Part shown: piece after piece, positions 29,101 through 38,292 of the stretch
Layout of the letters: each line of letters opens with the position of its first letter
Position numbering within the stretch: the stretch's first letter is position 1
From: Nitrospira sp.
GTDB lineage: Bacteria; Nitrospirota; Nitrospiria; Nitrospirales; Nitrospiraceae
Direction: 5' to 3'
Assembly (NCBI GenBank): GCA_031420175.1
Contig: JANOMG010000177.1
Span: 1-43,528, forward strand
Length of the DNA: 43,528 nt
Notes under the pieces: model-generated
What the model saw: only the letters and a program-made list of their open reading frames with translations
Told to the model about the DNA's origin: nothing
The model's database searches: none
Position numbers and translations under genes: made by a program

Positions 29101-29526
29101 CTACGAACCCGTCTCTTCTTTGGACGAGCTGCCCTCGGCCTCCGTCGTCACATGGAGTTCGTCCAACAACTTCAACACGCGATCGCCTCTCGGCCCGCTG
29201 ACATCCTTCGCAAAAACAATCTCTGGCAGATACCGGAGCGAGAGCCGACGACCGAGTTCACCGCGCACAAATCCGCTGGCTTGCTCCAACCCGGCAAAGA
29301 CGTTCCGCTCTTCTTCTTCCGTGCCCATGGTCGTCACAAACACACGAGCCATCCGCAGATCACTGGTCAGTTTGACGTCGGTCACGGTCACGGACTGCAC
29401 GCGCGGGTCCTTGATCTTCCGCATGAGGATATCGGCCACTTCCATGCGAATTTGATCGGCCACACGATCAGCCCGATGATATCCCGTCTTGGCCACCGTG
29501 CACTCCACCAGGCATGCCACCGTCAC
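29101..29526 (-). CDS. rbfA: Ribosome-binding factor A
   Basis: RADRVADQIRMEVADILMRKIKDPRV..VTVTDVKLTSDLRMARVFV. GTG start overlaps the DUF503 stop (GTGA). Confidence 0.85.
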   Translation of the reverse strand: MTVACLVECTVAKTGYHRADRVADQIRMEVADILMRKIKDPRVQSVTVTDVKLTSDLRMARVFVTTMGTEEEERNVFAGLEQASGFVRGELGRRLSLRYLPEIVFAKDVSGPRGDRVLKLLDELHVTTEAEGSSSKEETGS

Positions 29527-29810
29527 AACAATTCCACTCGAGACTGAACGATTTCCACGGCCGTGACGCTCCGAATCAGGTTCAGCGCCTGGTCACACAC
29601 TTGGTTGACGTATCGCCCCTCGTTGGCCACGCAGGCCAGCCCCAATACGGCCTTCTGCCACAAATCCTGCCCATCAACCTCGGCAACGGAGAGATTGAAC
29701 TGCCCCCGCAATCTATCTTTTAGACTCAACAGCACCTGCCGCTTATCCTTCAACAACTGACTCCCGGGGATAAACAGCTCGACCGTACAGAGTCCGACAA
29801 TGATAGCCAC
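29523..29810 (-). CDS. DUF503 (YlxP-like) protein
   Basis: A 95-aa protein, IIVGLCTVELFIPGSQLLKDKRQVLLSLKDRLR, in the canonical position between infB and rbfA. GTG start. Confidence 0.75.
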   Translation of the reverse strand: MAIIVGLCTVELFIPGSQLLKDKRQVLLSLKDRLRGQFNLSVAEVDGQDLWQKAVLGLACVANEGRYVNQVCDQALNLIRSVTAVEIVQSRVELL

Positions 29811-29826
29811 AGGGCAGACTCACGCC

Positions 29827-32361
29827 TTAGAGCTTTGCGGCGATCTTATCGATCGCATAGGCTTCGATGACGTCCCCGTCCTTGATATCGTTGAAATTCT
29901 CAACGCTGATTCCGCATTCGTAGCCCTGCTGCACTTCACGAACGTCGTCCTTAAAGCGGCGCAACGACCCGAGCTTCCCTTCGTAGACCACCACGTTGTC
30001 GCGAAGCACCCGAACTCCGACCGCTGCACGGGTGATCGTGCCGTCCACCACATACGCCCCGGCAATGACACCGGACTTGGATACCGTGAAGACCTGTCGC
30101 ACCTCGGCTCGACCCAAGATTCGTTCCTTGAGCGTTGGTTCGAGTAGCCCTTCCATCGCGGCCTTAATCTCGGTCATCGCATCGTAAATAATGGTGTACT
30201 GGCGGATATCGACGCCTTGCTGTTCGGCCAGGGCCAAAGCCTTCGGCTCCGGCCTGACATTGAATCCGATCACGATGGCGTTCGACGCGGAAGCTAACAG
30301 CACATCGGATTCCGTGATCCCCCCGACGCCGCTGTGAATGACACGAATCTTGACTGCGGCGGTTGCAAGTTTTTCGACGCTAGCAGTCAGCGCTTCAGCC
30401 GACCCCTGGACGTCAGACTTGATCACGAGTGCCAGCTCCTTAACCGACCCTTCCTTGATCTTGGCGAACAAGTCGTCGAGGGTGACCTTTGCTGACCCGG
30501 ACAAATCAGTCGTTCTCTGCCTATGGGCTCGATCTTCTGCAATCTCTCGCGCGACGCGTTCGTCCTTCACAACCTGAAATACATCACCCGCGGACGGCAC
30601 ACCAGGAAGCCCAGCCACCTCTACAGGGATGGAAGGGCCTGCCTCTTGTACTTTTGCTCCGGTATGCGTAATCAGCGCACGAACTTTCCCGCTAAATACT
30701 CCGACGACGAACACATCGCCGACGCGAAGGGTTCCGCTCTGGACCAGCACGGTCGCCACGGGGCCACGCCCTCGCTCCAGCTTGGCTTCCACCACAACGC
30801 CCTTGGCCATTCGATGCGGGTCGGCCTTGAGCTCCAGCACTTCGGACTGCAGAAGAATCATCTCCAACAACGTATCCAAGCCGGTCTTTTCCTTGGCCGA
30901 GACCTCAACCATGATCGTATCGCCGCCCCAGGACTCTGAAATCAGTCCATGTTCAGACAGGGCATTCTTCACACGATCGGAATTGGCGCCTGGTTTGTCG
31001 ATCTTGTTAATGGCCACAATCATCGGAACGGACGCGGCTCTGGCGTGATTAATCGCTTCAATCGTTTGCGGCATCACGCCATCGTCTGCCGCCACGACCA
31101 GAATGACAATATCGGTGATCTTGGCGCCGCGGCCTCGCATGGCAGTGAACGCTTCGTGACCCGGCGTGTCCAGGAACGTGACCTGTTTGCCGCGAACCGC
31201 AACGGTGTACGCGCCGATATGCTGCGTAATCCCACCGGCCTCGCCTTGCGCCACCTTCGTTTGCCTGATGGCATCGAGCAGCGAAGTCTTGCCGTGATCG
31301 ACATGGCCCATGATCGTCACGACCGGTGGCCGCGACTCAAGCTGGGCCTCCTCTTCTGTCTGCACGACGGATTCCAGCAATTCTTCTCCGACCTTCTCCG
31401 TCGAGAGATCGATTTTGATCCCGTACTCTTCAGCAATGATCACGGCCGCATCCACGTTCATCGTCTGATTGAACGTGAGCATCTGGCCCATGTCCATCAG
31501 CTTGCGCATAATGTCGGCTGGACGCTGCCCGATCAACTCAGCAAACTCCTTCACCGTCATGCCGAGCGTAAACTTGAAACCCTTCCGCCTCGGCTTGGTG
31601 ACCTCCCCGGGCGTACTGTGATGCACGTGCTTGCTACGGTCGTCACGGCGCTGGTGCAACGGAATGGCACGAAGATCCTGCCAGCGAGCCGCATCCTCAC
31701 GCAGTCGAAGTTCTTCTTCTTCCCGCGTACGGCCCGGCTTGCGAGCTTTCTTCGCCTTTTCCTTCAAACCCTCGGCTTGCAGCTCTTCGAGAGAGAGGGG
31801 TTTCTTTTTTCCGGCGGTCAGATCGATGCTGGGCGCGACAGTGGGCTTGGCCGCAAGAGTTGGAGCCGGAGCGCTCGGGGTTCCCGCAGCAGGCGCCACG
31901 TCTGGCATCGGCGTCAGCTCAGGATGCGGAGCGGCTAGAGAATCAGTGAGTGGATGTGCCGAAGGGAGACTAAGGACATGAGTGTCGCCGGTCTCTCTGC
32001 TGGTGCCGATCGCTTCAACTGTGGGCAAGGGCGCAACTTCTTCCACTGGCGCGTCATCGCGCTTGCGCTTAATCAAAATGCGGCGCTTATCGGACTTGGA
32101 AGCATCCTCCGCCACCGGAGCAGCCTGAGCTGACCCGGCCTTGGCTCCTGCGACGACCTTGCTCCGACCTGCATCGGCTTCTTTGCCCGTTGCTTTCGCG
32201 GAAGCTTTAGCTTTCGGCCCGAGCTTCTCCAACGCCTTCTTCACCACGTCGTCATCCAACGCGCTACTGTGCGATGCGACAGTGACACCCATCCGCTTCA
32301 ATTCCGGAATGAGTTCACTGTTTTCCATCCCGAGCTGCTTAGCCAATTCGTAAACACGCAT
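29827..32361 (-). CDS. infB: Translation initiation factor IF-2
   Basis: [11 protein letters not shown]..., a low-complexity Ala/Pro/Lys linker and the G domain [14 protein letters not shown]...DTPGHEAF...NKID. Confidence 0.95.
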   Translation of the reverse strand: MRVYELAKQLGMENSELIPELKRMGVTVASHSSALDDDVVKKALEKLGPKAKASAKATGKEADAGRSKVVAGAKAGSAQAAPVAEDASKSDKRRILIKRKRDDAPVEEVAPLPTVEAIGTSRETGDTHVLSLPSAHPLTDSLAAPHPELTPMPDVAPAAGTPSAPAPTLAAKPTVAPSIDLTAGKKKPLSLEELQAEGLKEKAKKARKPGRTREEEELRLREDAARWQDLRAIPLHQRRDDRSKHVHHSTPGEVTKPRRKGFKFTLGMTVKEFAELIGQRPADIMRKLMDMGQMLTFNQTMNVDAAVIIAEEYGIKIDLSTEKVGEELLESVVQTEEEAQLESRPPVVTIMGHVDHGKTSLLDAIRQTKVAQGEAGGITQHIGAYTVAVRGKQVTFLDTPGHEAFTAMRGRGAKITDIVILVVAADDGVMPQTIEAINHARAASVPMIVAINKIDKPGANSDRVKNALSEHGLISESWGGDTIMVEVSAKEKTGLDTLLEMILLQSEVLELKADPHRMAKGVVVEAKLERGRGPVATVLVQSGTLRVGDVFVVGVFSGKVRALITHTGAKVQEAGPSIPVEVAGLPGVPSAGDVFQVVKDERVAREIAEDRAHRQRTTDLSGSAKVTLDDLFAKIKEGSVKELALVIKSDVQGSAEALTASVEKLATAAVKIRVIHSGVGGITESDVLLASASNAIVIGFNVRPEPKALALAEQQGVDIRQYTIIYDAMTEIKAAMEGLLEPTLKERILGRAEVRQVFTVSKSGVIAGAYVVDGTITRAAVGVRVLRDNVVVYEGKLGSLRRFKDDVREVQQGYECGISVENFNDIKDGDVIEAYAIDKIAAKL

Positions 32362-32384
32362 GAGGATTTGACACCTGTTCTTCT

Positions 32385-33548
32385 TTACCCGGCATCCGAC
32401 TCCGACTCTGCCCGGGCTTGTAATTCCTGTTCCCGGGCTTCTTGTTGCTGATGCAGCGCCTCGGTTTCCTCTGCCAGCGCCGCCTTGATATCGTTATCCC
32501 GTTCGGCCTTTTCCTTTTCGTACTCCGTCGCGCTGATAATGTCGATCTTCCACCCGGTCAGGCGAGCAGCCAGTCGTACGTTCTGGCCGTTCTTCCCGAT
32601 CGCTAACGATAGCTGGGAATCCGCAACCACGACTAGCGCCGACTTCTTCTCCTCATCGAGGCCGACCTTCTCAATGCTTGCAGGGTTCAAGGCCTCCGCG
32701 ATAAAAACTCGCGGATCGGAGGTCCAGGTAATGATGTCGATTTTCTCTCCGCGCAGCTCGCGAACAACCGCTTGAACCCGCGACCCCTTGATCCCCACGC
32801 AGGCCCCGACTGGATCGACGGCTTTTTCGCGAGACGTCACGGCAATCTTGGTCCGATCACCAGGCTCCCGCACAATGGACTTGATCTCAACGATTTTCTC
32901 AAGCACTTCCGGCACTTCCAACTCAAACAACTTCGAGACGAACTGGGGATGACTGCGCGTCAAAATGACCTGAACATCCTTTGGCGTCCGGCGCACTTCC
33001 AGGAGCATCGCCTTCACCCGATCACCACGGCGATAGGTTTCCCGCGGAATCTGTTCCTGAATCGGCAACACCGCCTCGGTCTTGCCCAAATCCACTAGGT
33101 AGTTCCGACGCTCCATCCCGAGAATGATACCGTTGACCAGATCTCCCTGCTTCGTCGAGTATTCTCTTTGGACCGCTTCCCATTCAGCCTCACGAACCTT
33201 TTGAAAAATCACTTGCTTGGCGGTTTGCGCCGCGATCCGTCCCAAGTCGCTCATCTCGATGACCGACCCGATCTCATCGCCGACCTCTGCCTCGCTGTCG
33301 AACTGACGAGCTTCCTGAAGAGAGACCTCGGTTTTTGGGTTGGTGACCGCATCGACAATGGTCTTCTTCGACACGACGGAGATTTCACCGGTCTTGGAGT
33401 CGATCTCGACCTGAATATTCTCAGCCTGTCCGAAACGTTTCTTGGCGGCCATGAGAAGGGCCGCTTCAATCGCCCCGATCACCCGGCTCTTCTCGATGCC
33501 CTTTGACCGACCAAGTTCGTCGATAACTGAAATCAATTCTCGATTCAT
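32385..33548 (-). CDS. nusA: Transcription termination/antitermination factor NusA (short form with acidic tail, no AR1/AR2)
   Basis: [18 protein letters not shown]..., followed by S1, KH1 and KH2 domains. Confidence 0.95.
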   Translation of the reverse strand: MNRELISVIDELGRSKGIEKSRVIGAIEAALLMAAKKRFGQAENIQVEIDSKTGEISVVSKKTIVDAVTNPKTEVSLQEARQFDSEAEVGDEIGSVIEMSDLGRIAAQTAKQVIFQKVREAEWEAVQREYSTKQGDLVNGIILGMERRNYLVDLGKTEAVLPIQEQIPRETYRRGDRVKAMLLEVRRTPKDVQVILTRSHPQFVSKLFELEVPEVLEKIVEIKSIVREPGDRTKIAVTSREKAVDPVGACVGIKGSRVQAVVRELRGEKIDIITWTSDPRVFIAEALNPASIEKVGLDEEKKSALVVVADSQLSLAIGKNGQNVRLAARLTGWKIDIISATEYEKEKAERDNDIKAALAEETEALHQQQEAREQELQARAESESDAG

Positions 33549-33634
33549 AGCTCACTCTCTGGCAACTGCCCCTGCAGCCACCCTCCTAAATGCAGCGGTT
33601 ATGCTCAAACCTCGGTGACCGACTCCCGTACAAC

Positions 33635-34147
33635 TTAAAACGTGACGACGCGTCGCGCTTCAGCAATCGAGTCGAACTCAAGAATGACTGTCCGCTCAGG
33701 ACGCGGATCGCTCACCACGACCGTGACGCCCTGCTCATTGACTTCCGTCAACAGTCCGACCACACGCCACTGTCCATCGGTCGGCTGCCTGAGCTTCACG
33801 CTCACCTGCTTGCCCACTGCCCGGCGATAATCCTGAATCCGCTTGAAGGCCCGATCCAGACCCGGCGAGGAGACTTCCAGCGTATAGGTATGGGGGAACG
33901 GATCAGCCACATCCAAGGCTGGACTGATCGCGAGATGGGCACGCCCGCAATCTTCGACCGTGACGCCGCCCACCTTATCGATGTACACGCGAACGACTGA
34001 CCGTGTACCTTGCCCGACACATACGACGTCGACTAATTCTATGCCCAATGCCCACAGGATGGGCGACACCACCTCACTGATGCGATCGACGACTGGTCGG
34101 GATTCCTTCACCGACACCCCTAGCCCTGCTTCTTTGGAATAGCTCAT
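33635..34147 (-). CDS. rimP: Ribosome maturation factor RimP
   Basis: VSPILWALGIELVDVV...VRVYIDK...LEVSSPGLDR. The ATG at 34147 lacks an obvious SD, so the start is uncertain. Confidence 0.85.
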   Translation of the reverse strand: MSYSKEAGLGVSVKESRPVVDRISEVVSPILWALGIELVDVVCVGQGTRSVVRVYIDKVGGVTVEDCGRAHLAISPALDVADPFPHTYTLEVSSPGLDRAFKRIQDYRRAVGKQVSVKLRQPTDGQWRVVGLLTEVNEQGVTVVVSDPRPERTVILEFDSIAEARRVVTF

Positions 34148-34162
34148 TACAAGAGATTAAAC

Positions 34163-34185
34163 AAAAAAGTGGGCCCGAGCCCACT
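34163..34185 (-). terminator. Intrinsic terminator/attenuator hairpin abutting the rimP start
   Basis: Minus strand AGTGGGC-TCGG-GCCCACT followed by TTTTTTGTTT. The U-tract ends about 15 nt before the rimP ATG. Confidence 0.6.
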
Positions 34186-34230
34186 TCCAGTGCGGGGACC
34201 ATAACATGCCCCCTATGCCAAAGCAAGGGG

Positions 34231-35070
34231 CTAACCGACCAGGCTCGTAAAGCCTGCGGCGAGTCGTCGGGTGACTGAACCGGGCCGTCCATCTCCAATG
34301 ACTTTCCCATCCACTCGGACGACGGCTAGGACCTCGACCGTGGTTCCCGTGAGAAACACTTCGTCGGCGTCATACAGTTCTGCTTGCGAAATAAAACGCT
34401 CGTGAATCGGTAGGCCCTCGTTTCGGGCCAGCTCCAACACGACGACCCTCGTAACCCCGGACAAAATGCGCGGCCCTTCCGGTGCCGTCATTACCGTTCC
34501 CCCACGGACCACCATCACGTTGCTGACCGCCCCCTCAGTGACCAACCCCTCCTTGACTAAAATGGCTTCGAAGACCTGGGCCTGCTTGGCCTGCTGGCGG
34601 GCAAGCACATTCGCTAACAGATTTACGCTCTTGATATCACAACGACCCCATCGAATGTCCTCGGTCGTCATCACCTCCACACCGGCTGCCTGCACCGACC
34701 TATCGAGCGGGTGGAACTCACGAATCGTCATCACGACCGTAGGCGTTACCTGGGCTGGGTAGGCATGATCACGGGGAGCGACACCCCTGCTAAGCTGAAT
34801 GTAGATTTTGGCTTCAGGATAGGCAGCCCGCTTAACCCCTTCCAGGACAAGGTGGGCCCACTCAGTACGGGAATAGGGCTGCGCCAGATCAAGGGCCATG
34901 GCACTACGCTCGAGTCGAGCCAGATGGGCCTCGAGTGCGAATGGACGCCCCTTGTATGTGCGGATCACTTCGTAGACACCATCGCCAAACTGAAAGCCTC
35001 GATCTTCGATCGAGATTTTTGCCTCGACCAACGGCACAAACAATCCATTGACGAAGGCCACATCCGGCAT
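34231..35070 (-). CDS. Class IV PLP aminotransferase (D-amino-acid / branched-chain / ADC-lyase family)
   Basis: ISIEDRGFQFGDGVYEVIR...ALEAHLARLERSA...TEGAVSNVMVV. The subfamily cannot be resolved by eye. Confidence 0.8.
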   Translation of the reverse strand: MPDVAFVNGLFVPLVEAKISIEDRGFQFGDGVYEVIRTYKGRPFALEAHLARLERSAMALDLAQPYSRTEWAHLVLEGVKRAAYPEAKIYIQLSRGVAPRDHAYPAQVTPTVVMTIREFHPLDRSVQAAGVEVMTTEDIRWGRCDIKSVNLLANVLARQQAKQAQVFEAILVKEGLVTEGAVSNVMVVRGGTVMTAPEGPRILSGVTRVVVLELARNEGLPIHERFISQAELYDADEVFLTGTTVEVLAVVRVDGKVIGDGRPGSVTRRLAAGFTSLVG

Positions 35071-35072
35071 AG

Positions 35073-35429
35073 TTACGCACTCCTCCGAGGCGAAGAATCA
35101 GAGGCGGTCACCTCGAAAACCCGCCGATCTTCGGCCGTGAATTTCCACCCCATGCGTTTCTCAAACAACACCCGGTGGGTTCCCGGCCTCATCACCTTAA
35201 ATTCGAACGTCCGCTGCCCATTGTCGACCGCATTATTTCCAGCGATGCGCTGGTAGTCGTCTGCCAGCATGGCCAGCCCCGTCGGATCATAGGTCGGAAC
35301 CCAGAGCTCCCCTCGCGTCCTATCCTCCCAGAGATGAATCTGGATGGGATGCCCAAGGGTCGTCTCAATAACCTTCGCCCCACCTAAGGATTTGAGGCCA
35401 TCATGGTCGTAGCTAGAGGTCATACTCAT
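35073..35429 (-). CDS. Small cytoplasmic protein, tentatively chagasin/I42-like beta-sandwich
   Basis: IQIHLWEDRTRGELW...VDNGQRTFEFKVMRPGTHRVLFEKRMGWKF follows the spacing of the I42 pattern (NPTTGYxW ... GxGG..F.F.A...G...L.F.Y.RPW), but all three signature loops are degenerate. There is no signal peptide. The start is ATG 35429 or 35423; the track start at 35435 is TTG. Confidence 0.35.
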   Translation of the reverse strand: MSMTSSYDHDGLKSLGGAKVIETTLGHPIQIHLWEDRTRGELWVPTYDPTGLAMLADDYQRIAGNNAVDNGQRTFEFKVMRPGTHRVLFEKRMGWKFTAEDRRVFEVTASDSSPRRSA

Positions 35430-35474
35430 CGTCAATTACGCGGCAACCCGCGCCTTATTATTCGCCTGATCATG

Positions 35475-35795
35475 CTATGGTTTTCGCCGAGGCCCGACAA
35501 AAATCTCCGCGCCGTCCACCCTCACGTCATAACTCCCCACGCAATATCCGCCGCCATCCGTCCCTTGCCCGTTTCGAACGTCGAATGCCAGATCGTGCCA
35601 CGGACAGGCCACGACAAAGCCCTTCACGCGCCCTTCACACAACGGGCCACCCTCATGGGGACACAAATTATGGATCGCAAAATACGTCCCCTCGATGTTG
35701 AACAGCGCAATCTCTCGACTCTTCACCGTCACGACTTTTGATTGCCCGGGCGATAGCTCACCAACGCGGGCGACGGATTGAAACCCCTCTAGCAT
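35475..35795 (-). CDS. Small Rieske [2Fe-2S] protein (NirD-like size)
   Basis: CPHEGGPL...CPWHDLAF is a complete CxH/CxxH Rieske motif. I prefer the ATG at 35795 (GAGGAG SD). An alternative ATG at 35843 overlaps the DUF192 stop (TAATG). Confidence 0.8.
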   Translation of the reverse strand: MLEGFQSVARVGELSPGQSKVVTVKSREIALFNIEGTYFAIHNLCPHEGGPLCEGRVKGFVVACPWHDLAFDVRNGQGTDGGGYCVGSYDVRVDGAEIFVGPRRKP

Positions 35796-35842
35796 GCTAC
35801 ACCGACTCCTCTCTTCATGCTTCGCACCACAGCTCGCGCGCA

Positions 35843-36343
35843 TTACATCCGAAGTGTATATTTCAACTCCAGCCCCACAGTGATCCCTTCCCGCTTGATG
35901 AAGCCCGCTTCTGTTTGAATCGCATAACGGACCGCTTCGGGAGAGGAACTATACTTGGGGCAATCATCTTCCCGGCAGGGAGCAACATTTTCCTTGAGCC
36001 CCACAATATGATGGCTTTCATCAACCCATACCATGTCCACCGGAAACCGATACTCCTTCGTCCAGATGTGGTTCTGGCCAGTCGACTCGAAGATATAAAG
36101 CATTCCACTATTCGCTGGCAACGTCTCTCGAAAGGCAAGACCAAAGAGCAGCTTCTCCGGTGTATCCGCTACTTCCGTCTCAAGCGTACGGCCGTTCGGA
36201 AAAGAAACGATAATGATGGTCTCGTCTTTTCGATCGATGAGAAAGAACGAAGCGCTCATCAAAAAAATCGCCATGAGGACGAGCGTGATGATGCGCTTCT
36301 TTTTCTGCTCTCGATCACTCATCGATGAGGTGGCCATAGACAT
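35843..36343 (-). CDS. DUF192 (COG1430-like) protein with N-terminal membrane anchor/signal
   Basis: EVADTPEKLLFGLAFRETLPANSGMLYIF...FPVDMVWVDESHHIVGL. The start is uncertain: candidates are ATG 36343, 36337 or 36322, and the track TTG at 36379. Confidence 0.65.
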   Translation of the reverse strand: MSMATSSMSDREQKKKRIITLVLMAIFLMSASFFLIDRKDETIIIVSFPNGRTLETEVADTPEKLLFGLAFRETLPANSGMLYIFESTGQNHIWTKEYRFPVDMVWVDESHHIVGLKENVAPCREDDCPKYSSSPEAVRYAIQTEAGFIKREGITVGLELKYTLRM

Positions 36344-36428
36344 TCCATCTCGCGACTCATGATGAGTCAGTGGGCCCAAAGGCCCATTAACATAGGGAGA
36401 CTAGGCCTTCTGAGCAAGTGCCGTTCTG

Positions 36429-36458
36429 TTGACTTGGAAAAGAGCGACAGACTAGAAT
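36429..36458 (+). promoter_or_regulatory. Sigma-70-like promoter for the ferredoxin gene
   Basis: TTGACT-18 nt-TAGAAT, about 90 nt upstream of the ATG at 36550. Confidence 0.4.
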
Positions 36459-36549
36459 GGCATTCACGTCGCGGCCCGCACTATGTCGTGACGGGGCGGA
36501 CTTGTCAACCGTGTGTGTCTCTATTTGTAGTGAGAAGGAGGCGAGGGTC

Positions 36550-36897
36550 ATGGCGCTGCTGATTACTGATGAATGTATCTCCTGTGGGGCCTGCTTGCCC
36601 GAATGTCCGAACGAGGCGATTTTTGAAACTCGCAGCGACGCGGAAGCGAAGGGCAATCATGTGGGCGACGGCCAGGGAGTTGGCGATAGTATTTATATCA
36701 TTACGCACGACCGCTGCACCGAGTGCGTCGGACACTTCGACGAACCCCAGTGCGCCGCCGTCTGCCCGGTTGATAATTGCTGCATCGCCGATCCGCTGTA
36801 TCCGGAAACGACGGAAGTCCTGCTAGCGAGGGCGAATACGCTCAATCCGGATAAAGCGATCGATCCGGCGAAAGTCTGGAGCGGCGTGCGTAATTAA
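36550..36897 (+). CDS. YfhL-like 4Fe-4S ferredoxin
   Basis: MALLITDECISCGACLPECPNEAI...RCTECVGHFDEPQCAAVCPVDNC. The ATG at 36550 has the SD GAAGGAGG; the track ORF starts 31 codons upstream. Confidence 0.85.
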   Translation: MALLITDECISCGACLPECPNEAIFETRSDAEAKGNHVGDGQGVGDSIYIITHDRCTECVGHFDEPQCAAVCPVDNCCIADPLYPETTEVLLARANTLNPDKAIDPAKVWSGVRN

Positions 36898-36924
36898 TCA
36901 TCGCTCATCGTTCAACAATAAAGG

Positions 36925-36950
36925 CCCTGCTTTTCTCGTGAGGAGCAGGG
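36925..36950 (+). terminator. Rho-independent terminator after the ferredoxin gene
   Basis: CCCTGCT-N12-AGCAGGG followed by TCTTCCTGTTT. Confidence 0.5.
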
Positions 36951-37107
36951 TCTTCCTGTTTCTACTGTCACTTTCACAACACCCCCCTTCTAGATTTCTC
37001 TCTCAGTCAGGAGTAGGCTTACTCGTGATGAATTGATTGACCATCCTGCTCCCACTTTTCTCGATGGAGTCGCCTGTACTTTCTCTCCCCTCGTATGGAG
37101 GTGAAAC

Positions 37108-37440
37108 ATGGGGCATCAATGGATCATCCTGAGCGTACTCTGCGGGATCCTCACCATGCCTGCGTTCGCGCAGGCCAGTACCAGCGACGTGGGAACCATC
37201 ATCGAAGCCTTTGTGACTCGACAGTTTCCCTATGCAGCCAGCCACTACTGGGTGATCAATGAGACCCAATGGGAGGGGGACGAAATGATCGTGGACATGC
37301 ACACTGTCGTAAAAGAACGACGTGAGACGGATCCCGTCTTAAGCCATTTCTTGTTGCTGATCGTGGCGGGAGAGATCAGAGGAGTTCAGAACATTCCGCT
37401 CGATCCAGGAGCTGACTGCCGAGCTGAAGAAGAGGTATAG
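37108..37440 (+). CDS. Small secreted protein of unknown function
   Basis: SD GGAGGTG 5 nt upstream. Signal peptide MGHQWIILSVLCGILTMPAFA/QAST. No motif recognised. Confidence 0.55.
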   Translation: MGHQWIILSVLCGILTMPAFAQASTSDVGTIIEAFVTRQFPYAASHYWVINETQWEGDEMIVDMHTVVKERRETDPVLSHFLLLIVAGEIRGVQNIPLDPGADCRAEEEV

Positions 37441-37488
37441 CGCCGTTCTTCTCCACTAACTCAATGCATTTCGCATTGCGTAAAAAAA

Positions 37489-37526
37489 CCACCGCCCTCT
37501 CCGCGCGGTCGCAGAAAGGGCGGTGG
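37489..37526. terminator. Bidirectional terminator between convergent genes
   Basis: CCACCGCCCT-N18-AGGGCGGTGG forms a 10-bp stem, preceded by AAAAAAA on the plus strand. Confidence 0.6.
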
Positions 37527-37549
37527 TCACTCACACCTATCAACAACTT

Positions 37550-38029
37550 TTACTTAATCATAAGAATCTTGCCGCCAAGATGCGCCGGATGCAGGTGACA
37601 GCGATAAGTCAGCGTATTCCCCTGCGTGGCATAGAACATGTCACTAGTCGGAATACCGATATACTTGGTTTCGCCAGGCTTCAACACCACTTCGGCTTTC
37701 ATCACAAACGGTGAACCAGCGTTCGTAGCATCGGTCATCTGGAATCCATGCTCAGCAGTGGAATTGTTCGTCACCTTGAGCAGGACCGGACGACCAGGCC
37801 GAACTTTGAAATCGATGAGCGTGACGGGTGGATACCACGCCTTTAAGTTTCCAATCTCGATCGCGAACAGCTGGGCATCGACATCCAACTCTTTGAACGA
37901 CTGACCTACGACGGAGCCAGTCTCCAAATCCCCGATTTCGACTCCGCCCGCTTGGAGCGCAAACGCTGTGGATGCCCCAGACGCGACCATCACGAGGCCG
38001 AAGAAGACCCCTAACATCGTCTTGCCCAT
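37550..38029 (-). CDS. Secreted cupredoxin-like protein with His-rich C-terminal loop
   Basis: Strong SD AAGGAGG and a signal peptide ending ...STAFA/LQ. VLLKVTNNSTAEHGF...LKPGETKY...YRCHLHPAHLGGKILMIK follows the single-domain cupredoxin layout (upstream His, C-terminal Cys-His loop). Confidence 0.55.
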   Translation of the reverse strand: MGKTMLGVFFGLVMVASGASTAFALQAGGVEIGDLETGSVVGQSFKELDVDAQLFAIEIGNLKAWYPPVTLIDFKVRPGRPVLLKVTNNSTAEHGFQMTDATNAGSPFVMKAEVVLKPGETKYIGIPTSDMFYATQGNTLTYRCHLHPAHLGGKILMIK

Positions 38030-38177
38030 GACCTACCTCCTTAAGAAAAAAGAAGAGATGTGATTAGGTTGGTAAATAACTACCGACGAACCCGGGTAGC
38101 CTTGACCTTGCTGACAACTACTTCACTGCGTATGCCCATCATGCTGTAACAGCCTCTCTGTCTCTTTGAGAGGCAAC

Positions 38178-38207
38178 TTTATAGCACAGCGACGAAAACG
38201 GAAGCAA
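38178..38207 (-). promoter_or_regulatory. Sigma-70-like promoter for the cupredoxin-like gene
   Basis: Minus strand TTGCTT-18 nt-TATAAA, followed immediately by the hairpin GCCTCTC-N9-GAGAGGC (38152..38174). Confidence 0.4.
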
Positions 38208-38292
38208 GAACGTTAATCTAGCCATTTTTCTAGTTATCCACCTTCCACCCAGACATTCGAGTCGACAGGCCAGTCGCAATCATTCCAATCAC

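Noticed and set aside
30949-31938. 329-aa plus-strand ORF
   Set aside because: It is antisense to the well-supported infB G domain, has a low-complexity Arg/His-rich translation and no SD.
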